64,000 nucleotides of DNA from Malacoraja senta. Lineage: Eukaryota. The stretch spans positions 2,234,001 through 2,298,000 of the forward strand of contig CM075997.1 in assembly GCA_038087875.1 (NCBI GenBank). The letters run 5' to 3'. Of this stretch, positions 27,133-39,763 are shown piece after piece. Both the position numbers and the translations under genes were made by a program. The stretch's first letter is position 1; every line of letters begins with the position of its first letter. Under the pieces are notes generated by a model, which searched no databases, was not told the DNA's origin, and saw only the letters and a list, made by a program, of their open reading frames with translations.

Positions 27133-27384
27133 AGGGCCTGTCCCACTTGGCGTTTTTTGGGGGGGGGGTTTCCTCCATCGACTGCCGGCGTCATATCAGT
27201 GTTGCACGTTTCAAATCAGTTTTGAACGCTTCAAAATCCAGCGGCGACAAAAAAAAAATGTTGCGACACTTGAAAAACCACCGCTCGTCATACGCCATCA
27301 CGCCGCGAATTTTTCGTTGACCTGATACGTCAGTCAATGATGCCGGCAGTCCCGCCGCAAAAATCGCCAAGTGGGACAGGGCCT
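27133..27384. mobile_element. PIF/Harbinger-type MITE
   Basis: AGGGCCTGTCCCACTTGGCG...CGCCAAGTGGGACAGGGCCT. Confidence 0.7.
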
Positions 27385-27485
27385 TAATGGTTCCTTTCCA
27401 GTGCCTTGAGTTGCCTGCCAATTCTTGGCAGTAAAGACTTGTCTGAATTTGACTTTCATGTTCACCAGTTTGTTCTCTGCTGCAG

Positions 27486-27550
27486 ATCCCGACCTCAAGA
27501 CTGATGGCTTCAGCTTGGAATCCTGTCGCAGCATGGTGGCAGTGATGGAT
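27486..27550 (+). CDS. CAPNS1: Calpain small subunit 1 exon, 65 nt (HPDLKTDGFSLESCRSMVAVMD)
   Basis: Near-identical to mammalian HPDLKTDGFGIDTCRSMVAVMD; followed by U12 donor GTATCCTTT. Confidence 0.97.
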
Positions 27551-28970
27551 GTATCCTTTCACTCAAGGCACAATTGCCATTTTTGGTTTGATTATCTGAA
27601 GGCCTTGCCTGTTTCTCGCTTCAGCAGGCTTCTGCTCGCCTGAGCCACACCCGCTTGTTAAATTGCCTGGTCTGTATGTGGGAGTGGCAGAATGATTGCT
27701 CCCACGCACTAGAGGATCCAAGTTGAATTCTGGCAGCACGGTGGCACAGCTGGTCGAGCCGCTGCACCACAGTGCCAGAGAGCCGGGTTCCATCCTGACT
27801 TTGGGTGCTGCCTGTATGGAGTTTGCATGTTCTCCCTGTGACCACGTGCGTTTGCTCCAGGTGACTGGGTTTACTCCCACATCCGAATGACATGCCAGTT
27901 AATTGGCCTCTGTAAATTGTCCCTAATGCGTAGGGAACATGGGGAAACCCTAGAACCAGCGTCAACAGGTGATCAATGGACACCATGGACTCGATGGGCT
28001 GAAGGGCTCCAATGGACACCATGGGCTGAAGTATCTCCGATCTGAACTGAACTAAAAGGTTTATTGCTGGTGGTATAGATTCAGCATCAAAACTTTCCGT
28101 GTCTAAACATGAGCTTGTACCACTGCCCAACCTCCAGGTCCCAGCCCCAAATGTCATCAGTCCACTCCCCCCATAGACCCTGCCTGCCACAGAGCTCCTC
28201 CAGCACTATGTGTTTTGCTCCAGCATCCACAGTTTCTTGTGTCAGTAGATGATAGGTGCAGGAGTAGGCCATTTGGCCCCTCAAGCCAGCACCGCCATTC
28301 ACTGTGGTCATAGCTGATCATCCACAATCAGTACCCTGTTCCTGCCTTCTCCCCATATCCCTTGCCTCCGCTATCTTTAAGAACTCTATCTAATTCTCTC
28401 TTTAAAGCATCCAGAGAATTGGCCTTCACCGCCCTCTGAGGCAGAGAATTCCACAGACTCGCAACTCTCTGTGTGAAAAAGTTTTTTCTTGTCTCCGTTC
28501 TAAATGGCCTACCCCTTATTCTTAAACTGTGGCCCCTGATTCTGGATTCCCCAACATCGGGAACATGTTTCCTGCCTCTAGCGTGTCCAATCCCTTAATC
28601 TTATGTTTCAATCAGATCCCCTCTCGTCCTTCTAGATTCCAGTGTATACAAGCCCAGTAGCTCCATTCTATCAACATATGACAGTCCCGCCATCCTGGGA
28701 ATTAACCTCGTGAACCTACGCTGCACCTCCCTCAATAGCTAGAACGTCCTTCCTCAAATTTGGAGACCAAAACTGCACACAATACTCCAGGTGTGGTGTC
28801 ACCGGGGAGAATTCACCTCAACAATTCCGAGGATGCATTCGTAGTTTCCCTGAAGAATGAAACTGTGCCCACTCCCAGACCAATAACTCCAGCACTGAAG
28901 TTATACTTTATAGAGAAAACTGTATAGAGAATGTCTAATTTAGCTACACTGCCTTAACTGATCTGTTTAG
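27551..28970 (+). other. CAPNS1: U12-type (minor spliceosome) GT-AG intron
   Basis: 5' site GTATCCTTTC; branch site GCCTTAAC at 28951-28958, 12 nt from the intron end; no pyrimidine tract. Confidence 0.9.
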
Positions 28971-29039
28971 GCTGACAGCACCGGGAGACTGGGCTTTGAA
29001 GAATTCAAGTACCTTTGGAACAAGATTAAAGAATGGCAG
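28971..29039 (+). CDS. CAPNS1: Calpain small subunit 1 exon, 69 nt (ADSTGRLGFEEFKYLWNKIKEWQ)
   Basis: tttag|...|gtatgt; EF2 motif. Confidence 0.97.
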
Positions 29040-31646
29040 GTATGTTGCATGTTGAGTGTCTAATTGGCAATTACTCCATACAACTCAGTGTGTTTAATGT
29101 GGAAACTGGTTTCCCTGACTCCATGCTCTCGTGTTGTATTGAAATTGTTTTCTGAGACAATGTTAACCCATAGATTCCCCCACTTTGAAGAAGGATGCAA
29201 GGCGGGGTATTAAAGGACAATTAATCATGTTTTTTGTTCCTGATCATATCTCCGGTGGTGCCGTCAGCGATGGCAGCCTCGCCAACAGTCTGTCTGTCTT
29301 TTCGTCATTTCTGTTATTTTTAGTGTGTTTTTAAAAATATGTGTTAATGTTCTCTGGTTTGTTTAATGTGTGTGTGGGGTGGGGGGGGGGGGGGGGTCAG
29401 GGGTACTTTTTTTTCAATCTCTTACATTACTGGAGATGCAAGTTTGTTTTTTGTTCCTGATCATATCTCCGGTCACTCTGCGGCCTAACATCACGAGCTG
29501 GAGGCCTTGCTTGAGGCTGACTTGGAGCCCCACCGCAGGGCCGTGGATTTACCATCGGAGCCTGCGATCGACACTCCAACCGCGGCCTGCGGATTTCAAC
29601 ATTGAGGAGCTCACAGTCTCGGGTAGAGGCCGATGTCGGGAAGCTCCAAGTCGCACAAGGTTTGACCAGCCCCGACCCGGGTTCCGATCGCCCGGCGCGG
29701 GGGGAGCTGAGATTCCCCACGATGTGGGAGCTTGATCGCCCCGACGCGCAGGGCTCAACCCGCCGCCTAAGGGGGCCAAGATCGCCCCGACAACGGAAGG
29801 TTCGAGTGCCCAGACCACGGGAGGACAAAGAAGGGAAGAAGGTCGACATTTTCCGCCTTCCATCACAGTGAGGAATGTGGAGGAGTCACTGTGGTGGATG
29901 TTTATGTTAAAAATCTATTTGGGTGTCTTGTTGCTCTTTATTGGTATGACTGTATGGCAAACCAAATTTCTCGTATGTTGCAAAACATACTTGGCTAATA
30001 AAGTACGATTACGAAATTAAGACCTTTAGCTGCCCCGTAGATGCAAACAGCGGTGGTGGTGTCCTTATGCTGGAGGGTGATGGTGCCAACACTTTCACTG
30101 ATGGGTCCCTAGTTAAACTATACAGACATGTACCACCAGCACCATCCACTGTAAACTACATTCAGGGAGGGAGATGTATGTTGGGGTGGGGGTGAGTGTT
30201 CTACTGTCGGGCTCACTAAGACTCACAATCCTCCAAACCCTTGCCCTATATTTCAAAGATCCCAGTGGTGGCATCTCTCAAGATTCAGATTCAAAACTTG
30301 ATTGTCATTGTGCAGTGTACAAGTACAGGGACAACGAAATGTAGTTAGCATCTCACCCAGAAGAGCGAACACAGAATAACGGAACAGTCGAATATATATA
30401 TGTATATACAGTAGCAGTAGTGCGATTTTCGAGGGGGGGGGGGAGATCAGTCACTGGGGGAAGGAGTGTCCGGGGGGGGGGGGGTGAATGGCAATCACCA
30501 AGGTGCAGAATTAAGTAGGGTAACAACCGCAGGGAAGAAGCTGCTGGTCCAGCAACAGAGAGACCTGTAGCGCCTCCCGGATGGGAGGAGGGTAAACAGT
30601 CTGTGGTTGGGGTGAGAGCAGTCCTTGACGTTGCTGCGCGCCCTTCGCAGACATCGCTTGCTCTGGACAGACTCAATGGAGGGGAGTGAGGAACCGGTGA
30701 TGGGTTGGGCAGTTTTCACCACCCTCTGCAGTGCTTTCCGGTCGGAGACAGAGCAGTTGCCGTACCACACTGTGATACAAGGATGCTCTCCCCATTTGGT
30801 TTGGAAGTTCCACAGTCGTATCCTTGCAGAAACCAATTTCCTTTCTATCTTTTAAATGATTTGGGCATGGAGCTGAATGATGCTTAACTGGGCATCTCGA
30901 AGGTAATTTTTCAATGACCAGTCCCACGGCAGCTTGATCACCTGTGGTGACAGCTGCAGGGAGATTTATCTTTGGTACGGGTTTCCGAAGCCCCTTGTGA
31001 GTTCCGATCACTTTTTGTGGGCTATTTTAGAGGAAGGAAGCAAGAGAATCGGCATCCAGCTTCCGATTAAGCACACAGCGAGCGTGGCACGGTGGCGCAG
31101 CGGTAGAGTTGCTGCTTTACAGTGCTTGCAGCCAAGAGACCCAGGTTCGATCCCGTCTACGGCTGCTGTCTGTGTGGAGTTTGTACGTTCTCCCCGTGAG
31201 TTTTCTCCGAGATCTTCGGTTTCCTCCCACGTTCCAAAAACGTACAGGTTTGTCGGTTAATTGGCTTGGTGTGTGTATAAATTGGCCCGTGTGTGTGTGT
31301 GTGGATGTTAGTGTGCAGGGATTGCTGTTCGGGCCGGACTCGGTGGGCCGAAGGGCCTGTTTCTGTGCCCTATCTCAATGAAATGGTTTATCTAATTGTG
31401 TACAAGGGCTGATTCGCGGGGATAAGGTTCTGTTTGGGGCAGAAATTCCCAACCTCATTGCCCTGCTGCACTTGAGAGAGTTATTATCCCTAGTGCACAC
31501 CCTTCTCTTATTGACTACTATAAATTAGGTTGACATTGCCAAGTCTCTGATTTATGGTTTTTAAAGTGCCCCATTTTTTCTGATGAAATTTGTCCCCCAG
31601 GTGACATTTAGTGGTGCTTGTTGTAACTCTGATTTTCTCACTGCAG

Positions 31647-31725
31647 GGTGTCTACAAAAGGTATGATGCTGACAAGTCGGGCACAATTAACAGCCAAGAG
31701 CTACCTGGGGCATTTGAAGCAGCAG
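31647..31725 (+). CDS. CAPNS1: Calpain small subunit 1 exon, 79 nt (GVYKRYDADKSGTINSQELPGAFEAAG)
   Basis: ctgcag|...|gtaaga; canonical EF-hand loop DADKSGTINSQE. Confidence 0.97.
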
Positions 31726-31834
31726 GTAAGATGTGGTCGAATGCATTGAGGGTTCTGCAACTCCCTTGTGGGGAACAGTAGTCAAGGACATGTTTTCTAG
31801 AGTAGGAAGGGACTGCAGATGGCGGTTTATACCG

Positions 31835-32199
31835 TAGTAGTAGTAGGCCCCTCCTGGTCATGACTGACCATGGGTGATGTATCCTGGTCGGATGCAAGCC
31901 TGGGCGATGTCATATGGAGGACAGGCTGTTGCCCATGCAGCACGTCCCCCCTCTCCACGTGGCTGATCGATCCAAAGGAACAGCAGGGCCGTTACAGTTT
32001 GGCACCAGCGCCGTCGCAGGAGCTGCCAGAGCGAGGTTGTAGACAACGACGAACTGCCTTAGGGGCTCCCACTCCGGATTTTCTTGAGGTTTACTCCTGG
32101 AGCCTTTTCCATGACTGGATACGGCCACAAGGCAGTGGAGGTTTTAAATCAGAGTTTTCCCTCTCCTAGATGGACTGCCTTCCCAGGCTGACGAGCCCC
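31835..32199 (-). mobile_element. Short non-coding retroelement with (TAC)n tail, probably RTE-derived
   Basis: Highly similar to 54658-55083; (TAC)n 3' tail; 10-bp TSD gtttataccg at 31825-31834 and 32200-32209. The RTE assignment rests on recalled resemblance only. Confidence 0.6.
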
Positions 32200-32402
32200 G
32201 TTTATACCGGATAGACAAAAAGTGTAGCTTGAAGTGTAGATGGAATCAGTGGAAGGGAAGTTGGTTTGTGTGATGGTCTGGGCTACGTCCACAATTCTGC
32301 AATTCCTTGTGGTCTTGGATGGAGCCGTTCCCACACCAGGCTGGGATGCATCCTGATAAAGTGTGACCCCTTTGTTAACTATCTCCGTTCCTCTCCCTGC
32401 AG

Positions 32403-32519
32403 GATATCCCCTGAATGGTGATCTGTACCGATTGCTGTATCGCCGATATGCTAATGAATCTGGAGACATGGACTTTGATAACTACATTGCCTGCTTGGTC
32501 CGACTGGATGCGATGCTCA
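32403..32519 (+). CDS. CAPNS1: Calpain small subunit 1 exon, 117 nt (YPLNGDLYRLLYRRYANESGDMDFDNYIACLVRLDAML)
   Basis: ccctgcag|...|gtaagt; EF4. Confidence 0.97.
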
Positions 32520-35388
32520 GTAAGTGATGAGTAATGATGTCGTTCTTTTCAATGTCTTTAGTGAGAACACAGTGAGATTCAAGATTCAAGAGTTCTCCCG
32601 AGTTTCCCCTGATTCGAACTCGGAGAATTACGGTAATAGCCGCTCATAGGTACTCGGGGCTCTCGTGGACATTTTTCACAGTGCTGAAAAAACGTCACGA
32701 GTTACCGCGTTTCCCGAGTACCTGCCGTTAGCGTTACGAGCCGCTACAGGACATCCCCGAGCTCCGACGTAGCCGCTACGTACATTCTACGTACTTAGCA
32801 CGAGTTTGATTTTTTTTAAACTCGGGAGAGCTCTTGAATTTCCTTGTTAAAGAAGGAACTGCAGATGCTGGAAAATCGAAGGTACACAAAAATGCTGGAG
32901 AAACTCAGTGGGTGCAGCAGCATCTATGGAGCGAAGGAAATAGATTGTCTGAAGAAGGGTTTCGGTCCGAAACGTTGCCTATTTCCTTCGCTCCATAGAT
33001 GCTGCTGCACCCGCTGAGTTTCTCCAACATTTTTGTGTACCCTCTTGAATTTCCTTGTCCAGTGGGACAGGCCCTTGAGGATGAGGAGGAGCAGGGGGGT
33101 TTGGGAGGAAGAGGTGCAGGACGCGCCTTGGGTGGAGCAGACGCACTGGTGTAGGCCAGTTGAGCCCAATTATCCAATTTATGTGTCGGAAGGAACTGCA
33201 GGTGCTGGTTTAAACCGAAGATGGACACAAAATGCTGGAGTAACTCAGTGGGACAGGCAGCATCTCTGGAGAGAAGGAACGGGTGATGTTTCTGGCCGAG
33301 ACTCTTTAGTTTAGCTTGGAGATACAGTGTGAAAGCAGGCCCTTCAGACCACCGAGTGCCGGACGACCAACAATCACACCATGTTATCCCAGTTTTGCAT
33401 TCTATACACTAAGGGCGATTTATAGAAACTAATTAACCTACAAACCTGCATATCTTTGGATATAGGGAAGGAAACCAGAGCACCTGGAGGAAACCCACGC
33501 GGTCACAGGCAGAATGTGTACACGCCATGCAGAGAGCATTTTTTGTGATTCTATGCCTTGTAAGGTGTCCTTGGGTTTTAGAAAGGCGCCAGTAAATAAA
33601 ATGAATTATTATTATTATTATTATTATTATGTAGTCTAGATTGAACCCGGGTCTCTGGCCCACCACTACCACTGGGCCACTGTGCTGCCTTAGGCTGAGT
33701 AAGGGACACTGAGTAAGGAGCTGCTATATCAGTAATCTTTGCACACCCTCTCTCAATGTTTACACTTTGTGCAATCTAGATTATCTTCTGCCCCCTCAAC
33801 TTCCATCACTCGGTGACTACTTTCAACTGTTGTTCCCCCAGCTCTGCCTTCCCCTCTCTGCCTTCTTCCTGAAGACATCCTTTAAAACTGCCCCTTTTTG
33901 CAGAGTTTAGTCCGCATACATGTTACCTATTTTGGAATCTTTGTGTCGAGTTGTTACAGCAAAGTGCCACTTGGCGCTTTAAGTGTTCATTGAGGTATTG
34001 CTTTTATTTTATTTTCTGGAAGTTAAAGTCCAAAGTGCAATGAATGAGGTATATCACGGAAACGGGCCTTTTTGGCCCACTGAGAATAGACGGTGCACTT
34101 TTATTTTTATGTTCAGGTAGATGAGAGATGGTCGGCATAATCTCCGGAACAACTCGAGACTTTGGAGAGAGGTCAACGAAGGGGAGGGCAAAGGATTATG
34201 TGCAGTGTGGGGATCGGTAATCATGATGATGATGAACCTCTGTTGTCAGTACAGGAACTATCTTCTTCTTGAGAATGAAACATAAACCAAAGGAATAGTT
34301 AGATCTCAAGCCGGGTGTTGAGCAGCCAGGTTGTTGTCTCTGTTGGCGTCAATGTCTGCCAGACCCTGACACAGCTCCATTTGGTGGGTGGTAGAGCAGG
34401 CACCCAGAGATGACATGGTTGGCTGTCTGTTGTTCTGCTCGTTATTCACAGGCTGGGCTCTGGCGGAGCCCCCATCTCCACACGCTGGCATTGAAACGCC
34501 CAACTCCAGTACCAAGTCTGTTGAGCTTCACCCATGCTCCTCTGGGGAGGTCAGACCCTGGATAGCTTTTAGTGGCATAGATGTAATAATTAATAGAGTC
34601 ATTGGAGTCATAGATTAATACAGTGCAGAAACAGGCCCTTTGGCCCAACTTGCCCACACCGGCCAACAATGTCCCAGCTACACTAGTCCCACTTGCCTGC
34701 GCTTGGTCCATAACTCTCCAAACCTGTCCTATCCATGTACCTGTCCAACTGTTTCTTAAACGCTGGGATAGTCCCAGCCTCAACTACCTCCTCTGGCAGC
34801 TTGTTCCATACACCCACCACCCTCTGTGTGAAAATGTCACCTCTCGGATTCCTATGAAATCTTTTCCCCTTCACCTTGAACCTATGTCCTCTGGCCCTCG
34901 ATTCCCCTACTCTGGGTAAAAGACTCCGTGTATCTACCTGATCGATTCCTCTCATGATTTTATACACCTCTATAATATCTCCCCTCATCCACCTATGCTA
35001 GAGACCCAACCCACTCAACCTCTCCCTATAGTTCACACCCTCTAGTCCTGGCAACATCCTCGTAAATCTTTTCTGAACCATTTCAAGCTTGTACCAGGAA
35101 CAAGATGGAGGGGACCAGGGAAGGACTGGGACATGGATCGGTTCACATCACCCCAAAATGTCGTGACTCCAATCCTTGGTTCTTTTAGCTAAGCATTTTT
35201 ATTGTGTGGACAAGTGGAGTTAAAGTAGGTGTTCACATTGAGAACAAGGCCAGTAAGGCAAAGAGTGATAGTGAAATCAGTGGGTAGTTGGTCCCCACTT
35301 CAAGGAAGAAGTCAATCAATGCATCCATGTTAGACATGTTGGCCTATTGAGTCTTTGAATGTACACTTATTTTCTGTTTCACTTGCAG

Positions 35389-35447
35389 GATCATTCAAAG
35401 CTTTGGACAAGGACAACAATGGATCCATCAAAGTTAACATCGTAGAG
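35389..35447 (+). CDS. CAPNS1: Calpain small subunit 1 exon, 59 nt (RSFKALDKDNNGSIKVNIVE)
   Basis: ttgcag|...|gtaggg; EF5. Confidence 0.97.
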
Positions 35448-35569
35448 GTAGGGTTGAAACCTTGTCGTGAGACAAGAGTGGTCAATTGGAGTGTCAAGAA
35501 TCAAAGAGTGTTTTATTGTCATATGTCCCAGGTAGAGCGATGCAATTCTTGCAGCAGCACAACAGAATA

Positions 35570-35753
35570 CAGATGCTCCCCGACTTACGATATTTTGACT
35601 TTACGATAGTGCAAATGCTGGGCGACGGCAGCGAGCCGCGCGCCACGCCTGGTCACGTGATCACATTGTATTAAATGCGTTTTCGACTTGCGATATTTTT
35701 GATTTACGATGGGTTTATCGGAACGTAACCCCATCGTAGGTCGAGGAGCAATG
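35570..35753. mobile_element. Tc1/mariner (pogo/Tigger-type) MITE
   Basis: TA|CAGATGCTCCCCGACTTACGAT...ATCGTAGGTCGAGGAGCAATG|TA; TA on both sides. Confidence 0.8.
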
Positions 35754-37538
35754 TAATACAATACACACACACACACACTCACTCACTCACTCACTCACTC
35801 ACTCACTCTGTCTTACATGCTGTAGCTTTACAGGCCCGTTAATGTAAGAAGACGCAATTATATAAACAAAACCAAAAAATAATAATCAGTGCCTTTAGGT
35901 ACCATAACTCAAATGAGGATTCTGCCACTTGGTGTGTCTCTGTCCTATCCCTGGTGGGCACAGTCTGCCCATGCAAACTCAGCATTGATCATGTTGGTAG
36001 ACACAAAATGTTGGAGTAACTCAGCGGGACAGGCAGCGTCTCTGGACAGAAGGAATGGGTGACGTTCGGGGCAGAAAATGACGCTGAGGTCTGAAGAAGG
36101 GTCTCGACCTATAATCAGTCTGAAGAAGGGTCCCGCCCTGAAACATCACCTATCCATTTTCTCCAGAAATGCTGCTTCGTGTGCTAAATGACCAGCACTT
36201 TGTGTCTATGGTGAAGTTGGCTTACCACCAATTTGTGCTGATTTTCACTGTTCCGATTACTTTCCATCCTGTGATCTTTGGTTCTAATCAATTAAGTACT
36301 CCTTACTTTTCCTTTTTGTAAGTCTTGGGTTTGGGTTTAATATTGCCACATGTACCGAGGTACGGTGAAAAGATTTGCTTTGCATGCTATCCAAAAGATC
36401 AGATGTACCTTACAGAGGAACCTCAGAAGAGAATTCCAACGATTCAGAATTCTTGTAACTGATGTAGTGGTGAGTTTAGTTTAGTTTAGAGATGCAGCAC
36501 GGAAACAGGCCCTTCGGCCCCCCGAGCCCGCACCGACCAGCGATCTCCGCACAAACACTATCCTGCACACATTAGGGACAATTTTACACATACGCCAAGC
36601 CAATTAACCTACATAACCGTACGTCTTTGCAGCGTGGGAGGAAACCGAAGATCTTGGAGAAAACCCATGCGGTCACGGGGAGAACATACAAACTCCGTAC
36701 AGACTGTACCCGTAGTCGGGATCGAACCCGGGTCTTTGGCGCTGCAAGCGCTGTAAGGCAGCAACTCTACTGCTGCGCCACCGTGGCCGCCCATATAGTT
36801 CAGGTCCATAGTCGTATAGCCTGTAAACAGGCTCTTGGCCCAACTAGTCCGTACCAACCCAATGTCCTATCTAAGCAACTCCCATTTGCCAGCGTTTGGC
36901 CTTTATCCCTCCACACCTCCCCGATAGATGGGGTAGATGGGCAAATCTTTTTTCCCAGTGTGGGAATGTCGAATACTAGGGGGCATAACTTTGGGGTAAG
37001 AAGGGCCAAATTTAAAGGCAATGTGCAGGGTTTATTATTTTTTTTACACACATAGAGGGTGGTTAGTACCTCGAACGTGCTGCCAGAGATGGTGGTGAAG
37101 ACAAAATATGATAGTGGCATTTAAAAGGCTTTTAATTGACACATGGATATGGATCACCTGCGGGCAGAAGGGATTCATTTACTATAGCATCATGTTTGGC
37201 ATAGACATTGTGGGCCGAAGGGCCTGTTCCTATACTGTTCTAGCTAAGTACCAAGTGGGCGGCATGGTGGCGCAGTGGTAGAGATGCTGCCTTACAGAGA
37301 CCTGGGTTCGATCCTGACGACAGTTGCTGTCTGTACGGAGTTTGCACGTGACCTGTGCGGGGTTTTTTCCGAGATCTTCGGTTTCCTCCCACACTCCAAA
37401 GACGTACAGGTTTGTAGGTTAATTGGCTTGGTATAAATGTAAATTGTCCCTAGTGTGTGTAGGATAGTGTTTAATGTGCAGGGATGGCTGGTCGTGGCGG
37501 ACTCGGTGGGCCGAAGGGCCTGTTTCTGTGCTGTATAA

Positions 37539-37896
37539 AGGGCCTGTCCCACTGTACAAGGTAATTCAAGAATTCTCCCGAGTTTTCCCCTGATTCGAAC
37601 TCGGAGAATGTCCGTAGGGGGTCCGTAGGAGTTCGTGGATGTCCCGTAGCGGCTCGCACGAGTAAAAAGCAACAATTTTTTTCATCACAAGTATTTTTTT
37701 ACTCGTGGACATTTTTCACAGTGTTGATAAAAACGTCACGAGTTTACCGGATTTCCCGAGTACCTACCGTTACTCGTACGAACCGCTACGGGACATCCAC
37801 GAACTCCTACGGACCCACTACGGACATTCTCCGAGTTCGAATCGGGGGAAAACTCAGGAGAACTCTTGAATTACCTCGTACAGTGGGACAGGCCCT
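37539..37896. mobile_element. PIF/Harbinger-type MITE inserted in a SINE tail
   Basis: Long TIRs AGGGCCTGTCCCACTGTAC...GTACAGTGGGACAGGCCCT; TAA/TTA flanks. Confidence 0.8.
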
Positions 37897-38019
37897 TTAC
37901 TAAACTACTTGTCTGATTGATATTATTACATCGCACTGTATCCTGAGAAACCGTTATACAAAAAGAAGAGGGTAGGACGTAGTGACAACTGTGTTAAAGT
38001 TATTCTGCTTCTGTTTCAG

Positions 38020-38046
38020 TGGCTGCAGCTCACCATGTATTCGTGA
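38020..38046 (+). CDS. CAPNS1: Calpain small subunit 1 last coding exon (WLQLTMYS*)
   Basis: tttcag acceptor; C-terminus identical to mammalian CAPNS1 WLQLTMYS; total CDS 669 nt. Confidence 0.97.
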   Translation, partial: WLQLTMYS

Positions 38047-39269
38047 ATGTTGTCCTCAACGCCAGTCCTTCGAAGAGAGCAATGGACCTTGGCCTCGCTT
38101 GCCTGACCTACGTGGAGAAGCGGTCCTTTGCCAGGCTGAGAAGGGGTGGGGGATGTGTGTGCGGGGGGAGGGAGCTGAAATATCTATATATTTTCTGCAT
38201 GTTGGCTTTTTATATTTACTGAGATTCCCACTTGTTGGGGATGTTACTGGTTCTCCGAAGGCAGGTGAACTTGACTGTTCCAAAATCCACTCTGTATCTG
38301 CTGGCTTCCAGAGCTGAGGTCCACCTGTTTGCAAGTCTGACCTTCTGCAGAAGCAACACTGCAAACGGAAGATGAAAGAACTTTTTTTTCTCTTTTAAAC
38401 GCTGATGTCGCATTCAGGTCAGCAGCTGGTTCCCCCATTCTCTCCGCAGATGCCCCATCCCATGGTTTTCCTGCATCTCCCGTTTCCAGTTTCCTCCCTT
38501 TGGTTTCTCTGACCCCCTTTTGTTTGAAAATGGAAGATCTAGGAGCATTTATAAAATGAAAAATGTGGACATTCTGTGTGATCAAATTATACGCTTTTTC
38601 TTATGGTAAATCGGATACAATAACAAAATACTCAGCCGGTCAGGCAGCATCTTTGGAGAGAGAAACGAGAGCTAATGTTTTGGATGGATGACCTCCGAAC
38701 TTATGAAAGGTCCTCAACCTGAACATTAACGTTTGTTTCTCGCTCTCTTTGCAGATGCTGCCTCATCTATTGAGTATCGTCCTAGAAGAAATTAAACATT
38801 AATAGAGATTGCAGTGCAGATTCTATTGTGGATTGAAGGGAGACGAGATTAGTGTTTGGCCATTTTTGTTGAAATTTATTGGAAGCGATGAGTCAAAAGT
38901 CCCATTCAAAGCTTAGCATTTTGAGATTCATACTTAAATATTGATAAACAATAGACAATAGGTGCAGGAGTAGGCCATTCAGCCCTTCAAGCCAGCACCT
39001 CCATTCACTGTCATCATGGCTGATCATCCACAATCAGTACCCCGTTCCTGCCTTCTCCCCATATCCCTTGACTCTGCTATCTTTTAGAGCTCTAACTCTC
39101 TCTTGAAAGCGTCCAGAGAATTGGCCTCCACTGCTGTCTGAGGCAGAGAATTCCACAGATTCACAACCCTCTGTGTGGGTTATTCTTATTATTCACCCTT
39201 TTATAATGAAGCTGAAACTCGAGCTATTGCTTTAACTGCAGCAAGGCATCATTTTAAAACTGGTCCATT

Positions 39270-39275
39270 AATAAA
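39270..39275 (+). terminator. Candidate CAPNS1 polyadenylation signal (AATAAA); an ATTAAA alternative lies at 38791-38796
   Basis: Hexamer only; the true 3' end cannot be fixed from sequence. Confidence 0.25.
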
Positions 39276-39578
39276 TCTTAATGAACTGTATTTGAGTCCA
39301 GGTAGTTACAATTTTGGAAAAGTCAAGTTTACGTTTGCAGCCTTGTGCTTTGTACTTAAAGGGGGCAAAGGTTTGTAAAGGGGTTTTAAAGCATCGTCAC
39401 TATCTCAACCTTATTGTTGCTCGCGGTTTATTTCTAATGCAGGAACATAAATTTATTTATGAGCTCGCTGAAATGATTAATATTCCATCCCATGATTTAT
39501 TTTTCACCTTCTCCTGTTGCACAAAAGCAGGATCTTCTGAAAGTGTTGAGTGAGAGAGTAACAGGCGTCGATCTCTAA

Positions 39579-39763
39579 AGGGCCTGTCCCACTTGGGCGT
39601 TATTTGCACGTCATTTACGCGACATCATTTGCGCGTCATGGCGCGTGGTGAGACGTGGTGGCGTAGGCAGTGTCGTGCGCGGCGCCCCAGGAATTTGGGA
39701 TTCACAAAATCTTCGCGCGCCACCTGCGTGAGGCGCAAATGACGCCCAAGTGGGACAGGCCCT
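39579..39763. mobile_element. PIF/Harbinger-type MITE, 185 bp
   Basis: AGGGCCTGTCCCACTTGGGCGT...ACGCCCAAGTGGGACAGGCCCT; perfect TAA TSD. Confidence 0.85.

Noticed and set aside
29370..29871. Overlapping 89-140 aa ORFs on both strands
   Set aside because: GC-rich repeat interior with few stops; no recognisable domain.
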